Assembly (NCBI GenBank): GCA_976226885.1
Contig: OZ320313.1
Location: forward strand, 75,268,001 to 75,332,000
DNA length: 64,000 nucleotides
DNA from: Iphione sp. A-MEVVRFRX5
Taxonomy: Eukaryota
Reading direction: 5' to 3'
A program made the translations under genes and the position numbers. This document shows, one piece after another, positions 40,201 to 51,666 of this stretch. The stretch's first letter is position 1, and the number at the start of each line of letters is the position of its first letter. The notes under the pieces are model-generated. The model did no database searches. It was not told the DNA's origin and saw only the letters and a list, made by a program, of their open reading frames with translations.

Positions 40201-43200
40201 CATTCAATGTGTGCATGTAAAAGCAGCCTCATTGAGTGTAGAACAATGCATATGTACGAGTCAGTGAAAGTGTCTGTAAAGTATACACAAGAAATATAGA
40301 TTTAAATCCCTCGTCATGACAAAATTTTAAAATGCTTTCTACAAATGTGACCACTCTTCGATAGTGATGCCTGCAAAGTGGTACGGACTTGCCAGTGTCA
40401 TTAATTACCGCTTTTATTTTTCACTACTTCAGGGTAAAGGAGGAAAAAATGGTAAGTCATTGTTCTCTTACAAGGGGAAGCCTTGGTGATGGTGGTAAGA
40501 AAAGTTCAAAGTCAGATAAGAGAGACTCTCAATATTCATTACCGCATGAGACTGGGGCTGAGGAGGCTGACGCCTTTCCCGTAGTACATACACCTTTTCT
40601 CGCATGCTGCCTCCTCTCATAGGGACCACCCAATCAGAGGCAGATTTACGGGGGAATTCTTGAACAGGTAAGGTGATGATTGGAGATATAAATATCGGCA
40701 TGAAGAAAAGAACTAACAGTGTAACACAAAAATCTTCAAATATGCTAAGTAAACTAAATTCTAATAATGTGATTACAGGCTCAACTAGGATAACCATTAA
40801 ACAAGTACGTCTGTAGATGTTGCTATAACAAATCGACCTAGACTATACCAAAATTGTTATATTATACCTTGTTCTAGTAATCACGACTGGATTTGTATAA
40901 AACGGAAAGGTACTACCTGTAGGAAGATACATAAGAGCATTAGAACAAGAGACTATTCAAAATATGACAAACATAATTTTAACCTTTGACTATAAGAAGC
41001 ACTCTGGATAACAGTCTTTTTATGGCTGATTGTACAACAGCATGGGACCAAATAAAACTAAACTGCATGAAGTAATAGACAGAATGTCATATATAAAATA
41101 GTACAGATGCAAACCCATAAACCTAGATGGTTCAGTAGAGAACTATCAATACTCAAAAAAGAAAAGGGTTTATTGGTGTACAAAGCCAGAATTTCAATGG
41201 ATATGAATGATATTGTAAAATCCAGGGACACGAGGAACAGATACAATAGATTAATCAAGAGAAGTAAACAGGATTACATTAAATTGTACAGGATAGCTAA
41301 CACAATTCTTTAAAAAATTCGAAATCTATTAGGCAAATTGTACCGAGAAAGAAAGAGATTGAAATCAAATCTTAAGAATAAAGGACAGCGAAGTTATCTT
41401 TTCAACTCCAGTAGATATTGCAGAGGGGCTTAGTACACATTTCTGCACTGCTGGTGAAAAAACAGTAAAAAGAATTTCAAATTCTAAATTTTGACGTCCA
41501 GAAATTCAGACATAAGATATTTGCTAACATACCAGAACCTTCTTTGAAATCTATACAGAAATTGACAGCTGAAAAATCTACACAACTACATGTAATTGTT
41601 CAATACCTCAATGATATAAAGACTGAAGGAGACCTAGCTTAGTGACTTTTATTGACATTTCCAAAGCCTTTGACACGGTTGATCAGAACGAATTACTAAT
41701 TAAATAACAACCTATAGGTATCACAGGAAGACTATTTAGACTTTTCCAAAACTACCGTATAGAAAGATCACAAAGAGTGAAAGTGAATGACTGCTTATCA
41801 AGTACTGTAAATATATACATAGGGATTCCTCAGGGTTCTGTATTGGGCCCTATACTGTATTTTTTATACATAAACTCAGTGAGTCTAGCAAGCATTAGTA
41901 ATCTTGCCTATGCTGATGACACAGTGATATGTATACCTGGTACAAATTTGATATATGATAAGGCCAACAAAGAACTAATGGTTATCAAAGATTAGATGGA
42001 CCACAACCGACTAGCTATGAATGTAGACAAAATCAAGTACATGGTCTTCTTACCAACTACTGCTGTAAATAAGCAGATAGCAGCAAACTATCTCCAGATT
42101 AAAATTGACAGGAAGATATTAGAGAGGGTTAACAACTATAAGTACATGTACATGTATCTAGGAGCTATTGTGGACGAGAGATTAACTTATACATATCATA
42201 TACAGCATATTATTGCTAAGTGCAGAAGGATATTTATCTATTAAGAACAGCTTTTTTCTTATTTTGACTTTAAAATAGGTTTGGTGCTATATAAGAGTCT
42301 TCAGACCACATTTAGACTATTGCGATTTAACTTGGTCGAGGAGTGCAAATAAGTATGTAAATCAATTACAATGTATGCAAAATGGAATATTAAAGGGACC
42401 ATGTAGACTAGACAAAAGATATAGTACAAAGTTATTACATACTGAAAATGATGTAATGACAGTTCAAGAAAAACTTAAGTATCATTACCTAATAGCTGGA
42501 TACAAGCCTCATACAGAATATGATTTGAGAAAAAAACAGTATAGTCTTCTTAAATATCCAAGCCATAAAGCTGCTAATAGATTTATTAGGACTAGCACTA
42601 CTATTATACTATTATTGATAAATACTATTATTGATAAATGGAACAAAGAGAAGTTATTGTCCCAAGATTATGATTTGTTTGAAGATTTTAAGAAAGAGAT
42701 ATCCAAATTTAAAGCAAGTAGTAAGACCAGGTATTGAGGTTTTACCTGGTTACATTTGACCTGATTAAATTGACCTCATTATTCGACTTCACAAATATAA
42801 AGAATGATAACGGCCAGGGTTAAACAATTGGGCGTTTTATTACATCTATCCTGCTGTGAGATATCACAGTGGTTACACACAGGATAAATTGATAAAATAC
42901 AGTTATATTATATACAAATAATTAAATACATGTAATTGATTATAAATTAAGGTACCAGACTGAAAGTTAATATGTGCATTTAATACGTAATAATGCCTTA
43001 TATATAATGGACATGGTGGGTGGGACAAAAAACCAAGAGAGGGGTCAACCAGCCACTTGTGCCGTGTTATATAGCTAGCATTGCATAAGAGAATTTCAGT
43101 TGGCTGTGCTCATTATGACATGCCCTCCCTTGTTTCCGCCGCAATGAAAATAGAATGGCACCTGTACTTGTTCATCTGTTTAATAATTAATTAATGAGTA

Positions 43201-43688
43201 TCCCCTTCCAAGGGGAATTACAATCAGACATGCAGACTAAATGTCCTCATAAGGGACAGATATAGTAGAACCATATCTTAATATGCAATTTTTGCATAAG
43301 AAGATTCAATATTCTATGTAAATATCGTATGGGATATCACTTTTAGCTAGACATACCATTGATATTAATCCTATTAACCGACATGTCAGGCAGGCCATCT
43401 GAAAAACAGCCCTATGTGTCCTGTGGATGTTTTTTTAAATACACTTTTCACAAAGTTACGTCAGTCTTCCCCTTTTCAGAATGTTTGGTTAATAGTTGGC
43501 CAAGAACCCCATGGTGCAGCTGACAGTTGATATTTAACAACTAACACTCTTTGTGAGGAACGCTTTGGAAATCATATTGGTGTCTTGTAGTAAACCGTCT
43601 AGTGTTTTAATTTCTGAAATATATCTTTGTAAATGCTGACATTTTCTTGCTTTCAGCATCGAAAAAGAGGAAGAAGTTCCGGCGGTAA
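25242..43688 (+). CDS. NGDN: Neuroguidin (Sas10/Utp3 family, small-subunit processome), complete spliced CDS, 309 aa
   Basis: Exons: 25242-25253, 31980-32108, 33312-33449, 34906-34987, 35177-35229, 35925-36021, 36623-36744, 36994-37049, 37318-37366, 37843-37941, 38200-38241, 40433-40451, 43657-43688 (TAA); 930 nt, GT-AG, phases consistent. Peptides: GISLLEVKNQMLMSY, RLVEIRTVLEKMRPIEQKLKYQIDKLV, ENDPLKYKPN, KYKPPKL, KRALSSSIIRDLKNQYSEAPEEIR, ELTHFGDISSL, SKKRKKFRR*. AATAAA at about 43744. The first 12-nt exon is the least certain part. Confidence 0.95.
26340..26640 (+). repeat. Copy 1 of a ~300-bp interspersed repeat with a hammerhead-like core
   Basis: Aligns by eye with 31450-31750: tgtgcctgat.agacaac.gtcgaaac..tgttatag.gg.caaa, gcatataa, agctggta, agagc.tagccacgtct. 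Confidence 0.75.
27389..27650 (+). mobile_element. Retroposed SINE-like copy with a short A tail and 16-bp TSD
   Basis: Flanked by TGGAATTGAGAAAAAT at 27373-27388 and 27651-27666; ends in ...GGCACAAAAAA; 27403-27543 is homologous to 51679-51824. Confidence 0.7.
27830..29380 (+). mobile_element. Decayed DIRS1-like retrotransposon fragment (RT, RNase H, methyltransferase-like domain, start of YR) in NGDN intron 1
   Basis: RT: WQGTVYQYDVLPFGLSAAPRIFMKIM, *IDD, PAQFVVFLG. RNase H: HITMLE, VTCDNT, HI...SNVQADYSSR. MT-like: WGTPDIDLFASRLN...YASWHPNPRALFVDAFSQDW. Multiple stops and frameshifts. Confidence 0.88.
29400..29790. repeat. Degenerate low-complexity minisatellite (CATGAGTGA/GAGAACAT-like units)
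   Basis: Repeated short units such as catgagtgacaa and gagaacat(a/g)ag; these generate spurious ORFs on both strands. Confidence 0.75.
29800..30045 (+). repeat. Diverged tandem duplication of about 130 bp
   Basis: aggtgggtaaagagaaaaactgt.ataactt...actatt...agaagga..ggactt.aaccaaaatgc occurs at about 29803 and about 29929. Confidence 0.8.
30589..31200. mobile_element. PIF/Harbinger-type MITE with a central ~60-bp tandem array
   Basis: TIRs GGCCCGGTTTCC and GGAAACCGGGGC match at 11/12; flanked by TTA and TAA; about 3 copies of a unit containing GATGAAAATGATCCTAAATGCT at 30712-30900. Confidence 0.75.
31450..31750 (+). repeat. Copy 2 of the ~300-bp repeat with a hammerhead-like core
   Basis: CTGATGA-GAC(AACA)GTC-GAAAC...GTC at 31559-31595; homologous to 26340-26640. 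Confidence 0.75.
32325..33070. mobile_element. Possible Helentron-associated (HINE/DINE-like) non-autonomous element
   Basis: Starts TTTATGTCC...GGGGGC...CTGTCTGACCGTGCGACCCTCTGTC...CATATAACT, resembling the HINE 5' pattern. Two adjacent 7-bp hairpins lie near the other end (TTGAAGG/CCTTCAA; AGCGAGG/CCTCGCT). Family assignment is by resemblance only. Confidence 0.35.
36265..36440 (+). mobile_element. tRNA-derived SINE remnant
   Basis: tRNA-like head GGGAGTTAGCTCAGTTCGTAGAGCACTGGCC (A box), no intact B box, and a (GAAAT)n tail. The 3' segment AGAGTTCCTGAT(A/G)A also occurs inverted near 815-835. Confidence 0.55.
38290..38590 (-). mobile_element. Possible DIRS-like gag/pol junction remnant
   Basis: A frameshifted GGHQLKH / QWDRIEALDPML segment resembles the DIRS pol start GGRL.HF...W..I..DPW. 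Short and degenerate. Confidence 0.35.
39290..39600 (+). repeat. Two adjacent diverged tandem arrays (about 35-bp x3 and about 95-bp x2.5)
   Basis: aaaagt(t/c)agcc...(t/g)tctgaa recurs three times; gttagatgctctg..ctttgttctcttact...cacggccc.cat recurs twice plus a partial copy. Confidence 0.75.
40560..42740 (+). mobile_element. Decayed CR1/L2-type LINE (end of APE endonuclease plus RT) in the last NGDN intron
   Basis: IGDINI, KPRWF, FIDISKAFDTVD, IPQGSVLGPILYFLYIN, YADDTVI, RLAMNVDK, YLG...DERL, PHLDYCD; many stops and frameshifts. Confidence 0.9.
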
Positions 43689-46600
43689 TAGATAACAGAA
43701 GAAATTTTTAATAGAAGACATGTTTTTTCATCATTTCGTGTTCAATAAAAGAAACATTTAGAAAGATGAAGGTATCTTTTTGTTTTCGTTTCTTTAGGAG
43801 CATGTATGTATAAAATGTGACCTTACACCAGTCAATGGAAGCATTATTGCATTATTCCGTGGCAGGGTTAACAACAAAAATGGAAATGACCTCCCGATTA
43901 TCACATGAACATAGACGTGTTTGAAATTATCCTTTCGAAACGCTGAATATTCGCAACTGGATGGAAGATCTGGTGGTTTTACAATTGAACACCGTGGAAT
44001 GAAACAATAGTTGACGCTCTTTTTACGAAATTATGTTGGTGGAATCCTCTGACATTTACAAACGGCTGAAAATAACACGATGTAAAAATAGTGAGAAACC
44101 GACACGTGCTTCACTTAGAAAGTAGAGTGGGGGTTACAACGCTGTTCATAAGTGATGGGAACCTACGCGACTGAGAACAGCAGTATACGGTGGCGCTAAG
44201 ACGGGCTGCGTTAACATGTACGTTATGTATGAAGTAGAAGACCGGACGGTGAATATTGGGCTCTAAGAGGTGCCAGTAGCACCAGGGGAACAGCTGATCT
44301 TTTACATCTAGTCCCAAGAGTTGCAGCCGAAAGCATGCACTACCTGAAGGCCATGTGTGTCGAAAGGAGTCACTCACAAATTGAAATTTTGAACAATGTG
44401 TCCTTTAAACGTTCGTTCAGTATAGCAGCCCGGAAGTTTCCCCGACTTCTAATATTTATGATGTTATTGTCTACATCGTCTCATGCATGAGTTTGTTTTC
44501 TGATACGGACATGAAGCATGATATATGGAGGGATGCGAAAGCAAATGTACAATAGTATGTTCAATTACATGTATGTACATTTAATGATTTGAATAGACTG
44601 TATCAGGTGATCCTTAACATATGGATTAAAACAAATGTTGATGATTAATACCGCATTGTAATGCAATACCGTGCTTACACTCTAGGGCTGAAATAGATGA
44701 TAGAAACACAAGTGGGAGGATCACTAGCCATTTAATAGTTGAAGCAGTTTCGTATTCATTCGTTTTTATTGTCCATAGTGTACATTTATATTAGAATATA
44801 TCTGTCAGTATAATATCTGGTTGAGTAAATGATGCAAGCCCCGTTGCAAATAACGTTTCCATTCCCCACTGACTTATTCGTATTTATTTCACTGTAGATA
44901 TATTGTGATCTTCAGAATATTTTTCACACGTCTGATATGCAAACAGTCATTCTTGCTGCGTTGTTAGCCAAGGGGATCGGATTTCAATCGTTTTCATTAT
45001 ACATTTATGCACGTGCGTATTTGCTCTCAAGAGGATAACATGGTCGGCGGCTCCGATGTATTGCACTAGGTGGCTTTCGTGCGGGGAGCCGAAAAAGCTG
45101 CTCATGTCAGCTAATGGTCATTGAACTGTTCGTTCTGAACCCTTGACCCTTTGCAAGGCGGCGCATCTTGTTATCGCCGCCTGTCCTGCATCTGAACGTC
45201 TACTGCCCTCTGCTAAATCCTCCCCTGGGGTCCGCCATCGTGCCTCCCTGAGTGGTCTGAACATGGCGTGTTGGGCTCCGACGCTTGTTTTCGTTCCAAT
45301 TACGACCGCGCTCGCTAATTTAGCACAACTTAAGTGGTTTTTTTTTTCGTTAAAACAGTACTTCGTTTAAGATCACTCATAGTAAAACACTCCTTTCTCT
45401 AAGTGACGTTGGGTGCGGCTGATAATTGTTGCATCTTTCACTTACAGTTTTCTTCGTTTTTGGGGGGCTTACCGAAGCAATGTGTATATGTATCAGTATG
45501 CATGTACTTGATGGTCGCTTGAAGCAAATTAGGATCATTTTTATGTGCCATTTTATTAGTTTCTTATTTCGAAGTCAAATTACGAATCGCTGAAGAAACT
45601 GCGGGTAATGGATTATAAAAATAATTGAAATAAAAAAGGAACATCGTGAGCACGCAGGGAAATTAGTTGGGCTTAGTAAATTGTTGTTTTTTGTGTCTGA
45701 AGAAGATTAATAGCACGCTTTATGACGCATTCTGTGCTGAACGGGATATAGGTTTTCGGTGTTATGCGCTTTCAAAAACCATGTGCTATTAAGCGTCCAT
45801 GTACTGTTGCTGCACACCTAAAGATGCATTACACCGAGTCCAAATACGTTTCCTAAGTTCTGTGCTGAACCCCACATACACGGAAATTTAGCCTAAAAAT
45901 GTACTTCAATTATTGCATTATATGAATTGTATATATGTAAATATATTTATTTAATCGAAAGAACCGCCCCTTCGCTACATCCAAGATGCTATATTTATAA
46001 GGTACAGCGCAAATTTTGCTATGTAGACGCAACTTGTGTCCTTCGCCACATTCATCACCTACGTTCCAAAGGTGGTTTCAGCATCAAGGATCAGAAGGTC
46101 TTATCCCATGGAACTCATATAGATGGGGAGCGTCAGCTAATATCACCTCGAATATCCTATTTCTACTTTTAACGGCCCCTATGTCAAAAGTGATCAAACG
46201 GCGCAACACGAGGAGGTTGCTCGTTCCTGCTACTATGCATGATATCTTGGCGACTTTATTATCACAGTGACCGAAGAGAGCGTTCAGCCCCCCCCCCCCA
46301 ACCTGTTAATGGCCTCACCAAGATAATCACGTGATCTCTGTAGCATAAGAATATCTTGATTAACGAAGTGGAAGTTTCCTTTGAATTCAATCCGTTATCG
46401 GAAACTTCGTTGTGAGAAGCAGGGCATTTTGCATGCATTTTTATGAGTTTGACTGTTTAGTTTTTAATAAACCACGTCTTTTTGTATGTTTCCAATTTAG
46501 TGTTTGGCCATTACTTTCTCTGATAATTTTCCAAAAATTAAGTCGGTAAACATCAGGCCACAAAATCTGCGGAGGTGGCCAACTCTGTTGTAAAGAAGCA

Positions 46601-46923
46601 TTGTTACTTAGCGGCTCCGTCAGGAGAGTTAGGCCGGCTTTCCATGCATCCGGAGACGGTCTCTGGAGTCCGGACTGCGTAGTGCGGAAATTAATGACTC
46701 TATGACTCTCTACATGACTCTTTCCATGTGTACGTGCTCCGTGCTCCGTGGTCCGGGTCCGGAGGTCAAAAACGAACCTGGGCCGTAAATTTGCCCATTT
46801 TCCGGACTCCGGAGACCCAGAGAGGCCAGTAGAAGAGGGAGATGGAGGTTTGGAGCAGGATAGACACTGTCTATCGTATGATAGATGTTGTGAAATATTT
46901 CATAATTTGCATATCATTTGCCT

Positions 46924-47100
46924 AAAAACTGCACAATTTCCACTGATATGCCTCAACCTCCACAAAAAACTGCACAATTTCCACCGACATGCCTCAACCT
47001 CCACAAAAAACTGCACAATTTCCACCAATATGCCTCAACCTCCACAAAAACTGTACAATTTCCACAAATATGCCTCAACCTCCACAAAAAAACACAATTT
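46924..47100 (+). repeat. About 41-bp tandem repeat x4.3 inside the MITE
   Basis: Unit AAAAAACTGCACAATTTCCACCRAYATGCCTCAACCTCCAC. Confidence 0.92.
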
Positions 47101-47101
47101 T

Positions 47102-47179
<78 letters not shown>
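47102..47179. repeat. (TC)n microsatellite
   Basis: Seen directly. Confidence 0.97.
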
Positions 47180-47183
<4 letters not shown>

Positions 47184-47744
47184 ATTCACGCACACCTGGA
47201 AAGCACCCCTCTGGAGAATCGGAAAAACAGGCAAAATTTCCGGATGGCCTCCGTGCTCCGGACATGTTTTCCGTGTACATGGAACGCCGGCCTTACATCT
47301 GTCGTTTTATCCTACGGGCATCACTTTTCACAGAAAATATATTTCACATCCAACTAAACAATGTTATAAAGGAAACAAACATCAATGATATATAATGTAC
47401 ATTCGATAAATTAGACTCACCTTTACTATGCTGCAAAATGTTCATGTTACACTAACTGTCAACCTAACTATTCACTTTCATATTGTAATGTGTTTTATAT
47501 TTATAGTTTGAGATGCTGTGTCAGCAGCTACTCTAGAGTGTTAAAATGATTTGCAAGAAAATCTCTTTGACTCCAAATACCCAATATCAGCATACATGGG
47601 TGTCTAGGAGTGCAAGGAGAGAGTGTCTGTTTATTTACAGTTGATTCCTTCCTTATATACAGGCAGAACCCTAAAAGGCTCCCATAACAGGGTCATCATA
47701 TTTTGCAATCACTATTTCACAAACCTTTTGAGGAAGCCAAGCTA

Positions 47745-47885
47745 AGGTCGGCCATGTGACAATCTGCAGAAATTACTACTGGAGTCAGAAGAATTCCGAC
47801 TTGAAACATTAAAGCTGATGATTCTAAAAGTTGAAGGTTAATTGTTACTAAAAATAGTTGATTGGTTTCGTCACATGGCCATCCT
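47745..47885. mobile_element. 141-bp MITE-like element
   Basis: AGGTCGGCCATGTGAC versus GTCACATGGCCATCCT (11-bp perfect core plus AGG/CCT); TA on both flanks. Confidence 0.6.
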
Positions 47886-50800
47886 TAGGGCCAAGCTATG
47901 TATATAAGAGACTTACTTTCGGAATAAACAAGCTTAGTCTTTCACTTCACTTAAGATTGACAATGCTGAACGTATATTTTTTTGAGTGGAGATTCTTTAT
48001 TTCCTAAACCATCATTCATCCGAGATTGTGAGACAAGTTACAACCAGTTCTGAATGCAATCCGATGCATATCAAGTTTTCTTGTCAACTATGACATATTT
48101 CAGAAGCGTTCAATATCCGTGCATTTGTTTTCTGATAGATCGATAGATGGATAGATCTCCTCACTGAAAACGGGTATGAAGGGCATGGAACCATGTCAAT
48201 TACTTTGTCATAGCTTTTGAAACCTTAAGTTTTGGATTGTCTGCCATACTTTTTATTCCTCCATGCTTAAAAATAATGGCACCTGTGGGATCTGGTCGTC
48301 CCCCTCCGCCCGGATATATGGGGCATCGCACCTGAACATGCATGCGCTGTTCACCTCAGCTGGTGCTCATCTAAGCCCTGTCTGACAACTGTTAGGGCCA
48401 GTATCTCAACTTTCATCAATGTGCCGCGGTTGCATTCACTTTGCATTTTATTTTTAACCAGCAACTAATAAATGAGATGGTTCCCATACCTACATTGTAT
48501 TGCTGCGTTTGGGTGCATTTGTATGACTGCAAGTGTGTTGCTCATTTTCACACAGTGCTAATAGATTTCATGCAAACTCAGTCAATATTGGTAGTACATT
48601 TTTGTACATTTCAACATAAAATGTGTTTCATTCATCAAAATACTGGAGGTTTGCTGAAACTGGAGTTAATTGATGATGGTACCGGAGAATATGCTAACTA
48701 TATCAGACACAAAACCCATGCATGCATACATATACGCTCTTTCAACACATTTAATGCATTGACCACCTCTGTGCAAGCGAATCCTTTGCTTTCTGACTTG
48801 GTGCCCCCTGTAAGTGATTTGTTATCACAGGTGTTACGTGCAGGCTGCTGGAATCGGCCGGAAACCTCATTCAGAATAGGTAGCGTCAATATCCCTGTTG
48901 AGGAAACAAACCTCTCCTCCCACGATAAGTGGGAGGAGGTGAAGACCGATTCCCTTGGGAAACACTGTAGGGTTGGCGTTACCCATGCACCCATGAGAAT
49001 TACGCCCACATGTTTGTCCTATGGGACCAAAATTTGACTCGGATAAATACATTTTTCCCTAATCAATAAATAATGTGTAGACAGTATTTAATATGATAGT
49101 TTCGTATGTTCCTTAGAAGAACTCGTAGAATTATAATGCAAGATTCAAACTTTGGTTGGTTTCCGGGTTGGTTTCCAAGCTATTACTTACGAATAATATA
49201 CCTGATACTACATAAATGATTGTAGTGCAGACGTGTCCGCCATCTGCTAGTTCCCGCCCATGTGGTTGGAGTGTAAGCTAATAATACACATCAGAGTTAT
49301 TACATGATCTGGTGTCTAGACATTGCGTAAGAGTGGTCACATGGTTAGTCTGGTAATCACTTCAGTAACTTGGAGCAACCAATCAGGAAGATTGCAGGAG
49401 TTACATTTAGCAAGAAATCCAGACAGTTACTTTTTTTAGATGCTCTTATGTAACTATATAAGATTGTATTTTTCCTGTAATAAACAGACATTCTCTCAAT
49501 TGCACTCTGAGAGAGTTCCACTTCAGCAGGCCAATTTTATGATAGTTGTTATTTTTTCTTGTTGCCTTCCTTGTCAGAGACCAAGCTCATGTTACACTAT
49601 TTTGTTGTTTCATTACAGTCCAATGGATAAGTCTGATCAGTGGGGGTGGTTTTAGTGGACCGAGTTATTACTAATCGACTGCTTTCATTTGAGGCGAATA
49701 TATCAAGTAATTACATCGGTACCTAAGTTGATATTCAGCAAAGACTAATCCCATCCAGCCCCCAATCCTAGTGCAATTACATAAGTAACAGCTGCAAAAT
49801 GTCATTTCACATGATTTTTCCTGAAACTCTTCTCAGAAACCCGAAGGATCTGGCTCCTGGGCTAGCACCACCAACATGTCGGGTTGAAGCTGGGAGGCTT
49901 TCAATAGGTGTTTTTGCAATCAAGACTTAATGCGAAGTGGTAGAGCAAAAACATAAGACAGAATATCAATGCGCCATTGTCCAGACAGTAGGGATTTATT
50001 GTATCACCACTATTCCGCCCATATCATGGTCGAAAAAACACCGTCAAACCTGACCTCGTCGTCTGAGAGATCATTGCGACTCGGTACCTCAGGGCATCCA
50101 CCCATACCTTTACGCTCCGTCTGGGTCACCACAGGCTGACACTTAGCGAGCTATGAGATTGTCCATGCACCCGATCTTGGAAGCCAATAGCAGTGCAGTG
50201 TAGTACTTAACTGCGTACTGTGCCAAAAGTGCGCTATTCCATCTTCTTAACCTGTTCGAATACAGGGGGAAATCCTTTTGAGGGAGCTCGCGACAACGGA
50301 CTTCCCACCCGTATACGTCTAACTCGAGACCGAAGACTAAGATGTTTCCACTACACCCTCAGACAATCCAGCTCAGCAGTTTGGTGTGCTCTCTTTCACA
50401 GACACGGCATGAGGGCTACTCGAGTTGCAGTTGACGACACCCGCGAGCAGCTAACTGATGATGGTCCATGCAGAGGCTGACGATGATGTCTATCCGTAGT
50501 TCATGTACCATTACTGTACCGCTCACACCGATGGGTAACCCTGCTGGTAACTGGGTTTCCTGACATGAAGACCAAAAGCAAAAGCTGCAGAAAACGCTTG
50601 CTCATTATAGAACCCCACTCCAGGTGGAAAAGGACGCTCCGCGGCTAAAGCATGAAGCCCTCCCGAGGCCTCCACCTAATTTCGTTAACCTTAGAGGTTA
50701 ACCTCCTTCCATGCCTCCAGGCACTAGCGACACCTTGCCAGGGGCCTCCAGTCCAAGGATGACAAAAACACAAACCACACCGCATCGACCACCGTCATCA

Positions 50801-51666
50801 CCAATTTCTGTGGGAGTCGATGAGGAGCCATCACTAGGCTGCATGCTGGAAGAGGAGGTGCTGTGCCCACGTGCAAGGCGAGTCGCTGATGTGAAAGATG
50901 TATCGGAGTGCTTCAAAGAGTAGGCGACCCTCGAAGTTCAACAGCTGTGCAAAATAAAATGAGGGTTTATCTACAAACAACCTGCAGAAATATAGATAGT
51001 GTGGCATAAAGCAAATAGCATTGCAACTTAAATTTATGCTAAAGAATATGGTGGCTTATTATAATCAAAACGTTTACACACTGATTTGCATCAACATTTA
51101 TTATGTGAATATAATGGGTTTTGATTTTGTGGGCTTGTCTAGTCAAGTGAACTTTATTACATAAGAAATAATTATTACAAAATAGAATAACATTGGCGTC
51201 ATCATATGTACAACATAGGGAAGGAGCGACACGTATGGTCAGATTGCTTAGGTAAATAGATATACATGTAGAGTGTTGAGTGAGTTCAGGTATATACACC
51301 CTAAAGTGTGTCGATGTGATCACATATTCCACACAATTACTAGATAGCAAAAGTAATGTAGATTTGGTAATTTAAAACGTAATGAATAATCATATAGAAA
51401 TTTAGAAAATCTTTAGTGGAATATGTAACTAGTATAAGCATACACCATGTTACAATGACATTACTTTGTAAGTAAAGAAAGTACAGACTGATTGGAGTTT
51501 CAGGCGTTACATTTGCTAGTTTTGTTTACTTGTTTAGCCCCAAATTCTGTAGTTTCAAGAGTTGGGTAAATCTTGTCCTTCAATTTCCTGGAAAACCTCT
51601 TTTTCCTTGGTGCACATGGAACGGTGTCTCCATCTCCATCCAGGGAGTTCTAATACTATTGAAATC

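Larger units (their letters stand above)
46632..47292. mobile_element. PIF/Harbinger-type MITE with a TTA target-site duplication
   Basis: TIR GGCCGGCTTTCCATGCATCCGGA versus the reverse complement GGCCGGCGTTCCATGTACACGGA; TTA at 46629-46631 and 47293-47295; subterminal CTCCG(T/G) repeats. Confidence 0.85.

Noticed and set aside
46924-47100. CRISPR-like array (also considered at 7071-7362 and 30712-30900)
   Set aside because: Head-to-tail tandem units with no unique spacers, in a eukaryotic context with no cas genes.
46748-47395. 215-aa ORF
   Set aside because: Lies inside a MITE and is composed of the 41-bp repeat and (TC)n.
49800-50930. GC-rich segment with 70-86-aa ORFs as a host gene
   Set aside because: All frames are interrupted by stops and there is no splice pattern. 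A faint RNase H-like pattern on the minus strand suggests an old retroelement, but it is too weak to assign.
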